Positions 6,897 to 18,848 of a stretch of 64,000 bases of DNA are shown here, in pieces (position 1 is the stretch's first letter; each line of letters begins with the position of its first letter). A program made the position numbers and the translations under genes. Under the pieces are notes generated by a model. The model worked only from the letters and a program-made list of their open reading frames with translations, was not told the DNA's origin and made no database searches. This DNA comes from Patescibacteria group bacterium (GTDB taxonomy: Bacteria; Patescibacteriota; Minisyncoccia; 2-02-FULL-40-12), in assembly GCA_038062015.1 (NCBI GenBank), contig JBBTXZ010000002.1, forward strand, positions 1,266 to 65,265, written 5' to 3'.

Positions 6897-9662
6897 TTAT
6901 TTTCCATGGCATTTCTTAAACTTCTTTTTTGAACCGCACCAGCAGGGGTCGTTCCGGCCTAATGACGCTGATCTTTGCGGATTAGGTGCCGACTGACGCG
7001 GGATATTCTCTGAGTTTATCCGCATAGTTTCCGCACCTGTCCGCGATTGGATGCTGACTTTAAAAATCATATTCACCACCTGAAATTTTATTGATTTTAA
7101 TAACTGCTCGAACATCTTCTGCCCCTCGATCCGGTACTCAACCAATGGGTCGCGCTGGCCGTAAGCCCGCAAACTGACCGAGTTTCTCAAATAATCCATT
7201 GCTTCCAGATGATCAACCCAAAGTTCGTCAATCACCCGAAGCAAAACGAATTTTTCAAGCTGACGCATAATCTCTTCACCAACTTGTTTTTCTTTTTCAG
7301 AATATGCTTTTTCAAAAGTTTCCAAAATATCTTGTTTTAAGTTTTCTTTATTTTGAATTTGATTTAAAATTGAAAATTTAAAATTTAAAATTGCGCTTAC
7401 CGTTTCTTCTATCTCCCTCACATTCCACTCCGGCCCGGCAGTATGAATTTCTACTAATTCATTAACCACTCCTTCAATATAGTTTAGAATTTTAGATTTT
7501 GGTCTTTGGATTTCATCTGGATTTTGCCCGGCCTTCGCAGCCGAAGCTGCTTCGGCGGAGTGGGCGATTTTGTCATTGGTCATTACAATTTCTCGCCGCA
7601 GGCGATAAATTGTCTCCCGGTGCTTATTCATTACATTATCAAATTCCAAAACATATTTTCGGGCGTCAAAATGATGACCTTCAATTTTGCTTTGGGCCTG
7701 TTCAATTGCCCGACTGACAAAATTATGTTCAATCGGTTGATCTTCCGGAAAGCCGAGCCGTTCCATCAATCCTTTAATTCTTTCCCCGCCGAAAATCCTG
7801 ATAACTTCGTCTTCCAAAGAGACAAAAAATTGGCTTGAACCTTGATCACCCTGTCTTCCGGACCGGCCCCGAAGCTGATTATCAATCCGTCGCGCTTCGT
7901 GTCTTTCTGTTCCAATTACATGTAATCCGCCACTCTGGCGAACTAGATGCTGGGCACTGGAATCTGACGGATTACCTCCTAAAATAATATCTACTCCCCT
8001 GCCGGCCATATTGGTCGCCACCGTAACCTGGCCGAAGCGACCGGCTTGAGCAATAATCTGACCTTCTGACTCATGGTTTTTGGCGTTTAAAACATTATGC
8101 GGGATTCCTTCTCTCTTCAGCATCGCCGAAAGCAGTTCGTTTTTTTCAATCGAAACCGTGCCCACCAAAATTGGCTGGCCCCTTGAATGCCTTTCCTTAA
8201 TTTCTTCAACCACGGCTTTCCATTTGGCGCTTACGGTTTTATAAATCCGGTCAGGTAAATTTCCCCTTATCATCGGCATATTAGTCGGCACCTTGATAAC
8301 GTCAATATTATAAACTTTATGGAATTCCTCGGAAGATGTGGCCGCGGTTCCGGTCATGCCGGCCAATTTTTTATACATCCGAAAATAATTCTGGAAAGTG
8401 ATTGTGGCCAGAGTCCGCGATTCTTTCTGAACCGCCACGCCTTCTTTTGCTTCCACGGCTTGATGAAGCCCTTCTGACCAGCGCCGGCCCGGCAACAGGC
8501 GCCCCGTGAATTCATCAACGATTATCACTTCGCCGTTTTTTACCACATAGTCGCGGTCGCGCTTAAATAAAACATGGGCTTTTAAAGCCTCTTCAAGATG
8601 GTGAACGTGACGCATTCCAGCCTGATCATAGATATTCTGGAGGCCAAGTATTTTTTCAACTTTATCAATTCCGGCATCGGTAATGGTCACGGCCTTCAGT
8701 TTTTCATCAATGTTATAATCTTCGTTTTCATGAAGCCCCGGCGCGACTTTGGCAAAAGTTTTATAAAGTTCTCCTGATTCGGCGTCGGGGCTAGATATAA
8801 TTAATGGCGTCCTGGCTTCATCGATTAAAATTGAGTCAACCTCATCAACAATAACAAAGTTATGTCCAGCTTCCGGCCTCTGGCTCATCTGGTCTCTAGA
8901 GTAAGCCATATTATCCCGGAGATAATCAAATCCGAATTCGTTGTTGGTGCCGTAAGTTATATCCGCTTCATAGGCCTCGCGCCTTGTGACCGGTCTTAAA
9001 AATTCATGAACTATCTTAAACGCTCCTTGAGTATCTCTGACTTTATCTAAATTGTTTTGTTCATTTGGATTTTGGATTTTATTTGAAATTTGCCCGGCCT
9101 TCGCAGCCGAAACTGCTTCGGCGGAGTAGGCGATTTTGTCATTTGGAATTTGTGTATGACTCGGGTCATAAATATAACTCGCATCATGATTAATACCGCC
9201 GACACTCATCCCTAACGCATTATAAATCTGCCCCATCCAGACCGTGTCGCGCCGGGCCAGATAGTCGTTAACAGTAATGACATGAACTCCTTTTCCCAAC
9301 AAAGAATTCAAATAAACCGCCAGAGTCGCGGTCAAAGTCTTTCCCTCACCGGTTTTCATTTCGGCAATCTTGCCTTGATGCAAAACAATTCCGCCAATTA
9401 ACTGAACATCAAAGTGGCGCTGGCCCAAGGTTCTTTTTGCCGCCTCGCGGACTACCGCAAAAGATTCAGGTAATAAATCATCTAACAGCTCACCGCCATT
9501 GAGCCGTTGCTTAAATTCTTCTGTTTTTTCTTTTAGTTGAGTATCTGAAAACTGCTTGTATTCATTCTCAAGCTTATTTATCTTTTCAACCAGCGGCTGA
9601 ACCTTTTTTAGGTATCGTTCATTAGCATCGCCAAAAAGTTTCCCGAATATTGACATTGCCAA
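6897..9662 (-). CDS. secA: preprotein translocase ATPase SecA
   Basis: EMKTGEGKT, VTVNDYLARRD, IVDEVDSILIDEARTPLII, ATNMAGRGVDI, RRIDNQLRGRSGRQGDQG, SEC-C motif GRNDPCWCGSKKKFKKCHG; likely start ATG 9656. Confidence 0.98.
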   Translation of the reverse strand: MAMSIFGKLFGDANERYLKKVQPLVEKINKLENEYKQFSDTQLKEKTEEFKQRLNGGELLDDLLPESFAVVREAAKRTLGQRHFDVQLIGGIVLHQGKIAEMKTGEGKTLTATLAVYLNSLLGKGVHVITVNDYLARRDTVWMGQIYNALGMSVGGINHDASYIYDPSHTQIPNDKIAYSAEAVSAAKAGQISNKIQNPNEQNNLDKVRDTQGAFKIVHEFLRPVTRREAYEADITYGTNNEFGFDYLRDNMAYSRDQMSQRPEAGHNFVIVDEVDSILIDEARTPLIISSPDAESGELYKTFAKVAPGLHENEDYNIDEKLKAVTITDAGIDKVEKILGLQNIYDQAGMRHVHHLEEALKAHVLFKRDRDYVVKNGEVIIVDEFTGRLLPGRRWSEGLHQAVEAKEGVAVQKESRTLATITFQNYFRMYKKLAGMTGTAATSSEEFHKVYNIDVIKVPTNMPMIRGNLPDRIYKTVSAKWKAVVEEIKERHSRGQPILVGTVSIEKNELLSAMLKREGIPHNVLNAKNHESEGQIIAQAGRFGQVTVATNMAGRGVDIILGGNPSDSSAQHLVRQSGGLHVIGTERHEARRIDNQLRGRSGRQGDQGSSQFFVSLEDEVIRIFGGERIKGLMERLGFPEDQPIEHNFVSRAIEQAQSKIEGHHFDARKYVLEFDNVMNKHRETIYRLRREIVMTNDKIAHSAEAASAAKAGQNPDEIQRPKSKILNYIEGVVNELVEIHTAGPEWNVREIEETVSAILNFKFSILNQIQNKENLKQDILETFEKAYSEKEKQVGEEIMRQLEKFVLLRVIDELWVDHLEAMDYLRNSVSLRAYGQRDPLVEYRIEGQKMFEQLLKSIKFQVVNMIFKVSIQSRTGAETMRINSENIPRQSAPNPQRSASLGRNDPCWCGSKKKFKKCHGK
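7523..7577. repeat. 55-bp intragenic repeat in secA, copy 1
   Basis: 53/55 identical to 9089-9143; encodes NDKIAHSAEAASAAKAGQ. Confidence 0.95.
9089..9143. repeat. 55-bp intragenic repeat in secA, copy 2
   Basis: 53/55 identical to 7523-7577; encodes NDKIAYSAEAVSAAKAGQ. Confidence 0.95.
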
Positions 9663-9683
9663 AAAATCTTAACAGAAAATGGG

Positions 9684-11389
<1,706 letters not shown>

Positions 11390-11390
<1 letters not shown>

Positions 11391-13633
11391 TATCTAAGAG
11401 AATTTATAAAATCCTGGGCTTCCTTGGCAAAAGAAGGATCAATTATGGCTGCGGCTTGAGCTTCTTTAATAGCTTTATCTCTCTCCCCTATTTCCCGATA
11501 AGCCACCGCCAAAGAGGCGTGATACTGGGGATCTTTAGGATTAATTTTTATCAAAGCCTCGTAAACTTCGGCAACTTTATGGAAATCCTTTAAGTTGAAG
11601 TAAATATCCAGCATCCTCAAGGCGTCAGTTTCAGTTGATTTATAATTATATTCTGATTTTTCTATAATCTCGGCGCCCTTTCGAAGCTGACCGGCCTGGG
11701 CGGTGGTAATTCCTAAATACCAATGGGAAAGCCCGACTTCCGGATTCAACTCAACTACTTTTTCAAACCACTCTATCGCTTTTTGGTAGTCTTTTTTATT
11801 GAGATAAGCCTGGGCGATTTCGTAATAAGTTCTTACAAAGGTCGGAGAAACTTCAAAAGCTTTGAGGCTGTACTCTAAAGCAGTATCATTGTGAGGCGAT
11901 TCCGGATCGCTTTTGCCAAGGATAATGTAAAGACGGCTTAAATACAGATAAGGAAGATAATCCTCTGGCGATTCTTCGGCGTTCTTTTTGATGTTTTCAA
12001 TAGCCGTGAAAAGACGATCCTGATTCTTTTTATCTATTGCTGAAGCGGCGTTGGTCCTTTCAAGAATATACTGGCCGTAACGGTGGCGTATTTCGTACTT
12101 CCCGAAAGTGTTATAGCTCATTGCTTTATTGAATTTTTCAAAAGCCAAATCATTATCCCCCGCCCAGGAAGCGATAATGCCTCTAGTGGTGGCATAGTTT
12201 GCCCGAGCCGGTCGGATTTCGAAAAAATAAATCGAAAACCCGACTAAAACCGCTAAAATCAGGCCAATGACATTCGCCTCCAAAAACATTCTGGTCTTTA
12301 AATTTTCGGGCGTCGGCCCCGCTGAGCGGGGCGCCGGTTTAAGATTACGGGCTGTTAAAAAATTAATAAATCCGATGACTAGGAAAAACATGATGTAATT
12401 GGCTGAAGTGTCAAAAATGAAGGCGTTATGGATTGCGTAAGCGACTAAGGCGGAGATCAGGCCGATTTTAAAAACTTTGTTTTCAGCGGTGTCATTTAGT
12501 TTTCTAACGACCTGAAAAGCCAGGATAAAAATTAAAATATAGGCGATAAAACCAATTATCCCCATGGTAAAAAGAATTTCCAAAAACTGGTTATGGGCCC
12601 GGTCAAAAAGAGTTTCCGAACCAAGTCCCCGGAAAAACTTGGGATTAAAATGTTTTGAAAAAGGGACGTTGAACATTTCCGGCCCCCAGCCAAAAACCAT
12701 TGTTTTTAAAGAATCATTCCAGCCGTCAAAGCCGGCTTGCCAGGCCCAGAAACGGGTTTGGACAGTAAAAGACTTGGGCGAAATATCGGCGTAACGGGAC
12801 AAATAGTGGCTTTCTTTTACAAATTCGGTATTCCGCAAAGAATATAAAATTCCAGCAGTAGTAATTACCAATACTAAGAAATAAATGGTGTATTTTTTGA
12901 TTTTCGCTGAGCCAAAATCAAATGAATAAAACAAACCGAAAACAATAATTCCGGTTATCACTCCCAAAACTGATCCCCTGACTCCAGTCATTAAAACCGC
13001 CAAAACGCCGATAAGAAAAACAAACCCGTAAAAATATTTTTCGTTCTTTGAGTTGGCCGGCCGGAAATAAAGCATCAAAGCTAAAAAAGCGTTGACGATC
13101 ATATAGCCGGCAAACAGGGCCGGATTGCCGATGGTCCCGAAAATTTTATTCCGGCCGCCGGAGCCGATTACCCACTTCAAATCGGTTTTCTGCAAAAATC
13201 CGTAAAAAGCCGAGAGCAAGCTGGCTACCAGAGAAAGTTTGATAAAGGTCAGCCAATCTTCTTTTTTTCTTAAAACTGCGGTAGCCATCACAAAAAACAG
13301 CCAAAAGTGGAAAAAACTAAACCAGCCACCCATCCGTTCAAGAGTCCCGAAAAAGCTTTGATAAAAATTGACGCTGGTAAAAGTGGTTAAACCGAAAGCC
13401 AGAGTAAAAAGAGTAACCGCCCAAAATAAAGGGGTCCGGGGCGGAAGATAAGCCTTTCCTTTTTGAATCAGCAAAATAACATAAAAAACGGCTAAAATTT
13501 CAACTAAAGAACGAAAAACAAGCACCTTCCCGAAATGGAAAGGAGACATAAACTCGCTGAATATCACCAAAGGAATCAAAGCTGAAAGATAGATTCCGTA
13601 TTTTATGATATTTTCCAGATTGACTTTAGGCAT
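11390..13633 (-). CDS. O-antigen-ligase/O-oligosaccharyltransferase-family membrane protein with C-terminal TPRs
   Basis: about 12 TMs, GTIGNP, TGVRGS, TRFWAW, GWGPE, FDRAHNQFLE; TPR helices after residue ~480. Confidence 0.88.
12306..12337. repeat. GC-rich palindromic insert in ligase loop
   Basis: GCCCCGCT-G-AGCGGGGC (12316-12332); encodes PAPRSAGPTP. Confidence 0.7.
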
Positions 13634-13659
13634 GGCTTTATGATATTTAAAGTTTAGTT

Positions 13660-15021
13660 ATGAAGCGACTTTTTCTTTTCTTAGGTGATGTTTTAATCCT
13701 TTATCTTTCTCTTTATTTAACCTTGTTTTTCCGATACGGAAGTAATTTCAGTTCTCAAATTTCCATCCATCTTCTCCCCTTCTCTCTGCTTTTCATCTTC
13801 TGGATTATTGTTTTTTACATTGCCGGGCTTTATGAACTTAATTTATCAAAAAATCTGCCCGACTTCTATTCTTCCCTATTCAAATCAATTGCTATTTCTA
13901 TAGCTTTATCCGTAATTTTTTTCTACCTGATCACTATTGAAATAGTCCAAATCGCTCCTAGAAGAAATCTTTTGATATATCTTGCCGTCTTCACCGGTCT
14001 TATCTCTCTATGGCGCTACCTTTACAACCGGCTCTTGGAAAAAACCTTTAAAAATAATACCATCATCGTCGGTTTTGATCAAATTTCTTTTGAGTTCGCC
14101 AAGTTTTTAAACCGCAATCCCCAGTACGGCTACAATTTAAGGTACGCCTTTGATATTTCCGAACAGGCCGCCTTTTCTTTCCGGGACATTGATTTCAGAC
14201 AACTTCGGGGGACGAGAGATATGGAAAGAATCTTGAACGACGAACATATCAATACCATAATTTTGAGTCCGGAGGCTTACCGCCTCCCCAACATTATAGA
14301 TTTTTTCTACAAAGCCAGCAAAAAAGGAATCCAGTTTGTGAATCTAGCCACGGCTTATGAAAGAATTCTCAAAAAAGTGCCTCTGGAAGCGATCAGCCAG
14401 CTCTGGTTTTTGGAAAAAGTTTCCCGGGCGGAAAAAAGATTTTATGAATTCGTGAAACGGTTGATTGATATAGTTTTATCTTTAATCGGCTTGGCCGCTT
14501 TAATCGTAATTTTTCCATTTGCCGGTTCGGCAATAAAACTTACATCGCCTGGACCCCTATTTTACAGGCAAAAAAGAATCGGAAAAGGCGGAAAAATTTT
14601 TGAAGTCATAAAATTCAGAACAATGATGGATGAAGCCGAAAAAAACGGAGCGGTCTGGGCCACAAAAGATGATCATAGAGTCACTAAGTTCGGCCGGTTT
14701 TTAAGAAAAACAAGACTGGACGAATTGCCTCAAGTTTTAAACATTCTAAAAGGAGAAATGTCTGTTGTCGGTCCACGCGCTGAACGGCCAGAATTCGTCG
14801 AAAAATTTAAAAAGGAAATACCATTTTATGAAGAAAGGCTTCTGGTTCGTCCAGGCCTTTCAGGCTGGGCCCAGATTAATTACGGCAAAGACTTGAATCA
14901 ATCTGATACTAAAGAAAAACTCCAGTACGATTTGTATTATATTAAAAACAGATCTCTCACTATTGACTTAGCAGTAATTCTTAAAACGATTAAAACTGTT
15001 TTATCGGCAACAGGCTGGTAA
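13660..15021 (+). CDS. initiating polyprenyl-phosphate sugar phosphotransferase (WcaJ/WbaP family)
   Basis: 4 N-terminal TMs, KRLIDI, KFRTM, DHRVTKFGRFLRKTRLDELPQ, GEMSVVGPRAERP, RPGLSGWAQI, DLYYI. Confidence 0.95.
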   Translation: MKRLFLFLGDVLILYLSLYLTLFFRYGSNFSSQISIHLLPFSLLFIFWIIVFYIAGLYELNLSKNLPDFYSSLFKSIAISIALSVIFFYLITIEIVQIAPRRNLLIYLAVFTGLISLWRYLYNRLLEKTFKNNTIIVGFDQISFEFAKFLNRNPQYGYNLRYAFDISEQAAFSFRDIDFRQLRGTRDMERILNDEHINTIILSPEAYRLPNIIDFFYKASKKGIQFVNLATAYERILKKVPLEAISQLWFLEKVSRAEKRFYEFVKRLIDIVLSLIGLAALIVIFPFAGSAIKLTSPGPLFYRQKRIGKGGKIFEVIKFRTMMDEAEKNGAVWATKDDHRVTKFGRFLRKTRLDELPQVLNILKGEMSVVGPRAERPEFVEKFKKEIPFYEERLLVRPGLSGWAQINYGKDLNQSDTKEKLQYDLYYIKNRSLTIDLAVILKTIKTVLSATGW

Positions 15022-15025
15022 GTCC

Positions 15026-15122
15026 TCGGAGGGGGCTTCGCCCCCTTCCGACACTCGCTCCGCTCGTTGCCTCCCCCGATTTCGCCTGTTGTCGGTGCAG
15101 CGGCTCCTCCAACGGCGAAATC
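15026..15122. repeat. structured GC-rich intergenic element with two hairpins
   Basis: TCGGAGGGGGC-TTC-GCCCCCTTCCGA and GATTTCGCCTGTTG...CAACGGCGAAATC. Confidence 0.6.
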
Positions 15123-15218
15123 TAAGAAACTTATCAACAATTTCTTATTTACTTCTTTTTTGGTTTTTCTAAAATTAAATCAGCACTTCTAACTTCGCGT
15201 TCATTTTGGAAAGGAAAG

Positions 15219-15410
15219 TTGAAAAGAATGGAAAGAATGGACAAAAATTCTGAAATCGCCGCGAAGCCGTCAGCACCCACCAAAGGAATTCCGTCACTCC
15301 CACAAAAAACGAAGCCAAGAAGAATTCACCATCACTACGAGATGGAAGAAACGCCAGAAGCTTCTTCCCCTAGTCGCGGCAGTATCAGCCGCGATCCAAG
15401 AATGGAGTGA
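15219..15410 (+). CDS. small hydrophilic hypothetical protein
   Basis: purine-rich GGAAAGGAAAG upstream and terminator directly downstream; start uncertain (TTG 15219 or ATG 15228/15237). Confidence 0.45.
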   Translation: MKRMERMDKNSEIAAKPSAPTKGIPSLPQKTKPRRIHHHYEMEETPEASSPSRGSISRDPRME

Positions 15411-15422
15411 CTGATTCCGAAC

Positions 15423-15460
15423 AAAAAACGGGACCCTAACCAAGTCCCGTATTCTTTTTT
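15423..15460. terminator. bidirectional intrinsic terminator
   Basis: ACGGGAC/GTCCCGT stem flanked by an A-tract and a T-tract. Confidence 0.7.
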
Positions 15461-15462
15461 GT

Positions 15463-15610
15463 TTATTCTTCAAAAGTTTCGTCAATCATCTGGCAAATTA
15501 AAAGAGTTTACAATTTCTTCTCCCGCTGATTTAATGCTCTGAATTTGAGACCGGTTCAACAAACCGATTTTCGTTTCTATTGATTTTTTGATTAAGTCAA
15601 TAATATCCAT
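15463..15610 (-). pseudogene. gmhA: internally deleted phosphoheptose isomerase (GmhA) remnant
   Basis: MDIIDLIKKSIETKIGLLNRSQIQSIKSAGEEIVNSF joined out of frame to LICQMIDETFEE*, resembling the GmhA N- and C-terminal helices. Confidence 0.65.
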
Positions 15611-15702
15611 AAATTGAAAAATTCTTATTTTTATGCTTCTATAAAGGTCGGCTCATCATAATACCTAACAGTTTAAAAAACAAGTTATCCAGCTAATTTA
15701 AA

Positions 15703-16989
15703 ATGCTTTCAAAAACAAAAAAAAGAGTTAATGATTTTTTGACCCAGCTTCAAGAATCTACCGGCATCGATATGCATTATATCGCCCGAGGCGGCGGCTG
15801 GTCTCTGTTTAGTTTTGTAATAAACTCTTCCCTTTCCTTAATCACGGCTGTTCTTTTTGCCAATCTTCTTCCAAAAGAAACATACGGAACTTATAAGTAT
15901 CTTCTTGCGATTGTAGGTTCAATTGGATTTTTGACTTTAACCGGAATGAATACGGCTGTTGTACAGGCTGTCTCCCGTGGTCAAGAAGGAGCGCTTCAAT
16001 TTTCAGTAAAACTTCAGCTGAAATGGAACCTGCTTCTTACTATTGCGGCGGTGGGAATCGGTTTATATTATCTTATAAAAGGAAATTTAATTTTCGCCTA
16101 TTCCATTTTTATTTTATCTGTTTTCTCCCCTCTTAACGCCACTCTAAATACTTACGGGGCATTTCTAGCCGGCAAAAAAGAATTCAGAAAAATTAATCTT
16201 TACGGTATCGCGGCCACTGTTTTTTTTGTCGGCCTAATGGCTGTTGTTTTAATTTTAACTGAAAATATAATCGCGTTAATAACGACCTACTCATTGGCTA
16301 CATTATTGCCAAAATTAATTTTCTACAGAAAGACCCTTAAAATTTTTCGGCCAAAAAAGATCCCCGAAGAAGAAAAGAAAAAACTTATTTCATACAGCGG
16401 CCATCTATCTTTAGTAAATGTTTTTTCCATCATATCCCAATATATAGATAAAATCGCCGTCTTTCAATTTTTAGGTCCCGTCCAGTTAGCAGTATACTCG
16501 TTTGCATTAGTAATGCCTGACAGAATCAAAGGTTTTTTAAAAAACGCAAGTGCAATTCTTATCTCTAAACTAGTCGAAAAAGAAATAAAGGAAATAAGAA
16601 AAGTGTTTTATAAGAGAGTTCTGCAGGGATTAGCTGTTGGAGCGACAATCAGTTTAGTTTATATACTTTTCGCTCCGATTATTTTTGGATTATTTTTCCC
16701 TAAGTATTTAGAATCTATAATTTACTCCCAAGTTTTATCTCTTTCTTTAGTTACTTTAATTCCGGCAATTTATATGGGCAGCGTATTCAGAAGCCATAAA
16801 ATGATCAGAATAATTTATCTAAGCAGTGCCGTTCCTCATATTGCCAGAATTATTTTATTTCTGACTTTGGGAAAAATCTGGGGAGTCTGGGGAATAATCT
16901 GGGCGGCTCTTTTAATCTCTGTTGTCGGCCCTTTCTATAATTTTCTGCTTTGGGGAATAGAAATGAGAAAACTTGAAAAATCCGGTTAA
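15703..16989 (+). CDS. Wzx-type oligosaccharide flippase
   Basis: about 12 TMs, ANLLPKETYGTY, IDKI..FLGPVQLAVYS. Confidence 0.88.
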   Translation: MLSKTKKRVNDFLTQLQESTGIDMHYIARGGGWSLFSFVINSSLSLITAVLFANLLPKETYGTYKYLLAIVGSIGFLTLTGMNTAVVQAVSRGQEGALQFSVKLQLKWNLLLTIAAVGIGLYYLIKGNLIFAYSIFILSVFSPLNATLNTYGAFLAGKKEFRKINLYGIAATVFFVGLMAVVLILTENIIALITTYSLATLLPKLIFYRKTLKIFRPKKIPEEEKKKLISYSGHLSLVNVFSIISQYIDKIAVFQFLGPVQLAVYSFALVMPDRIKGFLKNASAILISKLVEKEIKEIRKVFYKRVLQGLAVGATISLVYILFAPIIFGLFFPKYLESIIYSQVLSLSLVTLIPAIYMGSVFRSHKMIRIIYLSSAVPHIARIILFLTLGKIWGVWGIIWAALLISVVGPFYNFLLWGIEMRKLEKSG

Positions 16990-16997
16990 TTCTATAC

Positions 16998-17891
16998 TTA
17001 TTGCAGCAACTTTCGCTTTAAAAATTTAAAAGTTTCGAGTTCTCTATAATCAACAAAAATTAAATGCCTTGGTTTAGTAGTCTTATGGGTACCCCGGCGA
17101 TGAAAGCCCATTGTATTTGCTATGACTAAGGTATTGGCTTTACCAGTAAACGGAATAACCTTCATCCCCTGTCTTTCAAGAGCTTCTCTCTCTACTTCCA
17201 TCGGCTCTTCTCCCTGGCGATTTCTAGACCACCGCCCAAAAGCTATACTCATTTTATATTCCATCCATAATCTTTTTAGGGTTAATTTTTGAGAGCCTCT
17301 GGCGTATTCAAAAGCGGCATTGCTATCGTCTATATCATTTAAATAATAAAGGCATTTAACCGTCGGATAGCTGACATCGAAATGAACCTGATCCTGAGTA
17401 TCAACGGCCCGCTTCCCGATATCTTCCTTATGGTAAAAAGTTTCTTCAAAGGAAACTTTTGGTTTAACTAAAATATCTTTGCCTAAAACAGCAGAAACAA
17501 TTTCATTGATGAAACTGTTGCTGGCTAAGTGTTTATCAAGAATAAAATTTGAATCCTTCTTATCATCCCTGACTAAAGCTGCTCGAGCCATATAGGGCGA
17601 CCGTTCGTTCATAATTTCTTTCTTTGCTTTATCACACTCATTTTTAATTTGTAAAAAAACCTCTTCCGGAAAAAAATTTGGAATAACGGCAATACCGTCA
17701 GCCATAATCTTTTCATAGATCGCTTTGCCTTGTTTGTCTTGAAGAAATTTTTTCCCCCGTAATCCATAAAAAGTATTAAAAACCAGAACTCTTAAGATAT
17801 GGTAGCCTAAAAGATTGGAAATGAATCCTCCCGCAAATCTGGGCGGGTAAGTATATAGTTTTTTAACCAGCGATTTAATAAATCCAATCAT
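16998..17891 (-). CDS. PhyH-family Fe(II)/2-oxoglutarate dioxygenase
   Basis: DGIAVIPNFF, HFD (HxD), KCLYYLND, FEYARGS, GKANTLVIANTMGFHRRG. Confidence 0.8.
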   Translation of the reverse strand: MIGFIKSLVKKLYTYPPRFAGGFISNLLGYHILRVLVFNTFYGLRGKKFLQDKQGKAIYEKIMADGIAVIPNFFPEEVFLQIKNECDKAKKEIMNERSPYMARAALVRDDKKDSNFILDKHLASNSFINEIVSAVLGKDILVKPKVSFEETFYHKEDIGKRAVDTQDQVHFDVSYPTVKCLYYLNDIDDSNAAFEYARGSQKLTLKRLWMEYKMSIAFGRWSRNRQGEEPMEVEREALERQGMKVIPFTGKANTLVIANTMGFHRRGTHKTTKPRHLIFVDYRELETFKFLKRKLLQ

Positions 17892-17903
17892 TTTTTCAAT
17901 CTA

Positions 17904-18848
17904 TCACTGCTTGCTTTTATAAGCAATTAACAATGAAATCTCTTTGGGAAAATAATTTATTAAGCCGCTATAAACTTTATTTTCCTGAGATAGAATAAAC
18001 TTATGGCTGAATTTTGATTCTGGGAGTAATTTGTTAATTTTAGTTTGCACCCAAACCGGCATCACAGATAAAAATCTTTTGATAAACCGCTTATTTAATT
18101 TTGCCAAATAATAATTTTCGATCTTGGTAAAACCGGCCTTGTTAAAAAAATCATTCCAATCTTTCAAGCGATATTCTTTTTCTCCATTCATTCTTCTGGT
18201 AAATCTTTTATCTAAAGAAAAATCATATAACTTTTTGTCATTTTCGCTGTATTCCGTATCCAGTAATTCATTCAAGTCTTTTTCGGTAAAATAATCTGGA
18301 CGGGCTTTATCAAAACAAAAAATAAAACCGTCTTTTTTCAAGATTCTGAAGCATTCCTTAAGGGTTACAGCGAGATTATTTGAATGATGCAAAGAAAAGA
18401 AATCAAAAACAAAATCAACGGATTCATCAGGCAATTCCATATTGTCAAAACTGCCGATTACCCCTATGACTTTTTCTGATTTGCCGTTTAAAACATAGTC
18501 AGCAATTTTAGGCGCTAAGAGCTTTACTATCGGCTCACAAACTTCAACTGCATACATTTTTTCGATTGGTTTTCTTTTAGCTAAAACTGAACTAAAGGTC
18601 GCTGGACCAGCCCCAACTTCTAAACCAATCCCTTTTATTTTATTTTTTAAAAAATTATTTTCGACAAAATCAATTAGATTTTCCAAATCTTTTATTTCAA
18701 TATTCGGCGCTACTTTATCAAAAGTAATTTGTCGAATAATCGTAAGGGGTTCTTCATTTTTTAGGTCTAAAGCAAATTGAGTCCGATAATGCTCCTCGGT
18801 TTCCTTTTTTAATTCATCATTGATAGACCACTGAAGGATATTAAACAT
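17904..18848 (-). CDS. class I SAM-dependent methyltransferase
   Basis: LEVGAGPA, LPDESVDFVF, SLHH, ECFRILKKDG. Confidence 0.88.
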   Translation of the reverse strand: MFNILQWSINDELKKETEEHYRTQFALDLKNEEPLTIIRQITFDKVAPNIEIKDLENLIDFVENNFLKNKIKGIGLEVGAGPATFSSVLAKRKPIEKMYAVEVCEPIVKLLAPKIADYVLNGKSEKVIGVIGSFDNMELPDESVDFVFDFFSLHHSNNLAVTLKECFRILKKDGFIFCFDKARPDYFTEKDLNELLDTEYSENDKKLYDFSLDKRFTRRMNGEKEYRLKDWNDFFNKAGFTKIENYYLAKLNKRFIKRFLSVMPVWVQTKINKLLPESKFSHKFILSQENKVYSGLINYFPKEISLLIAYKSKQ

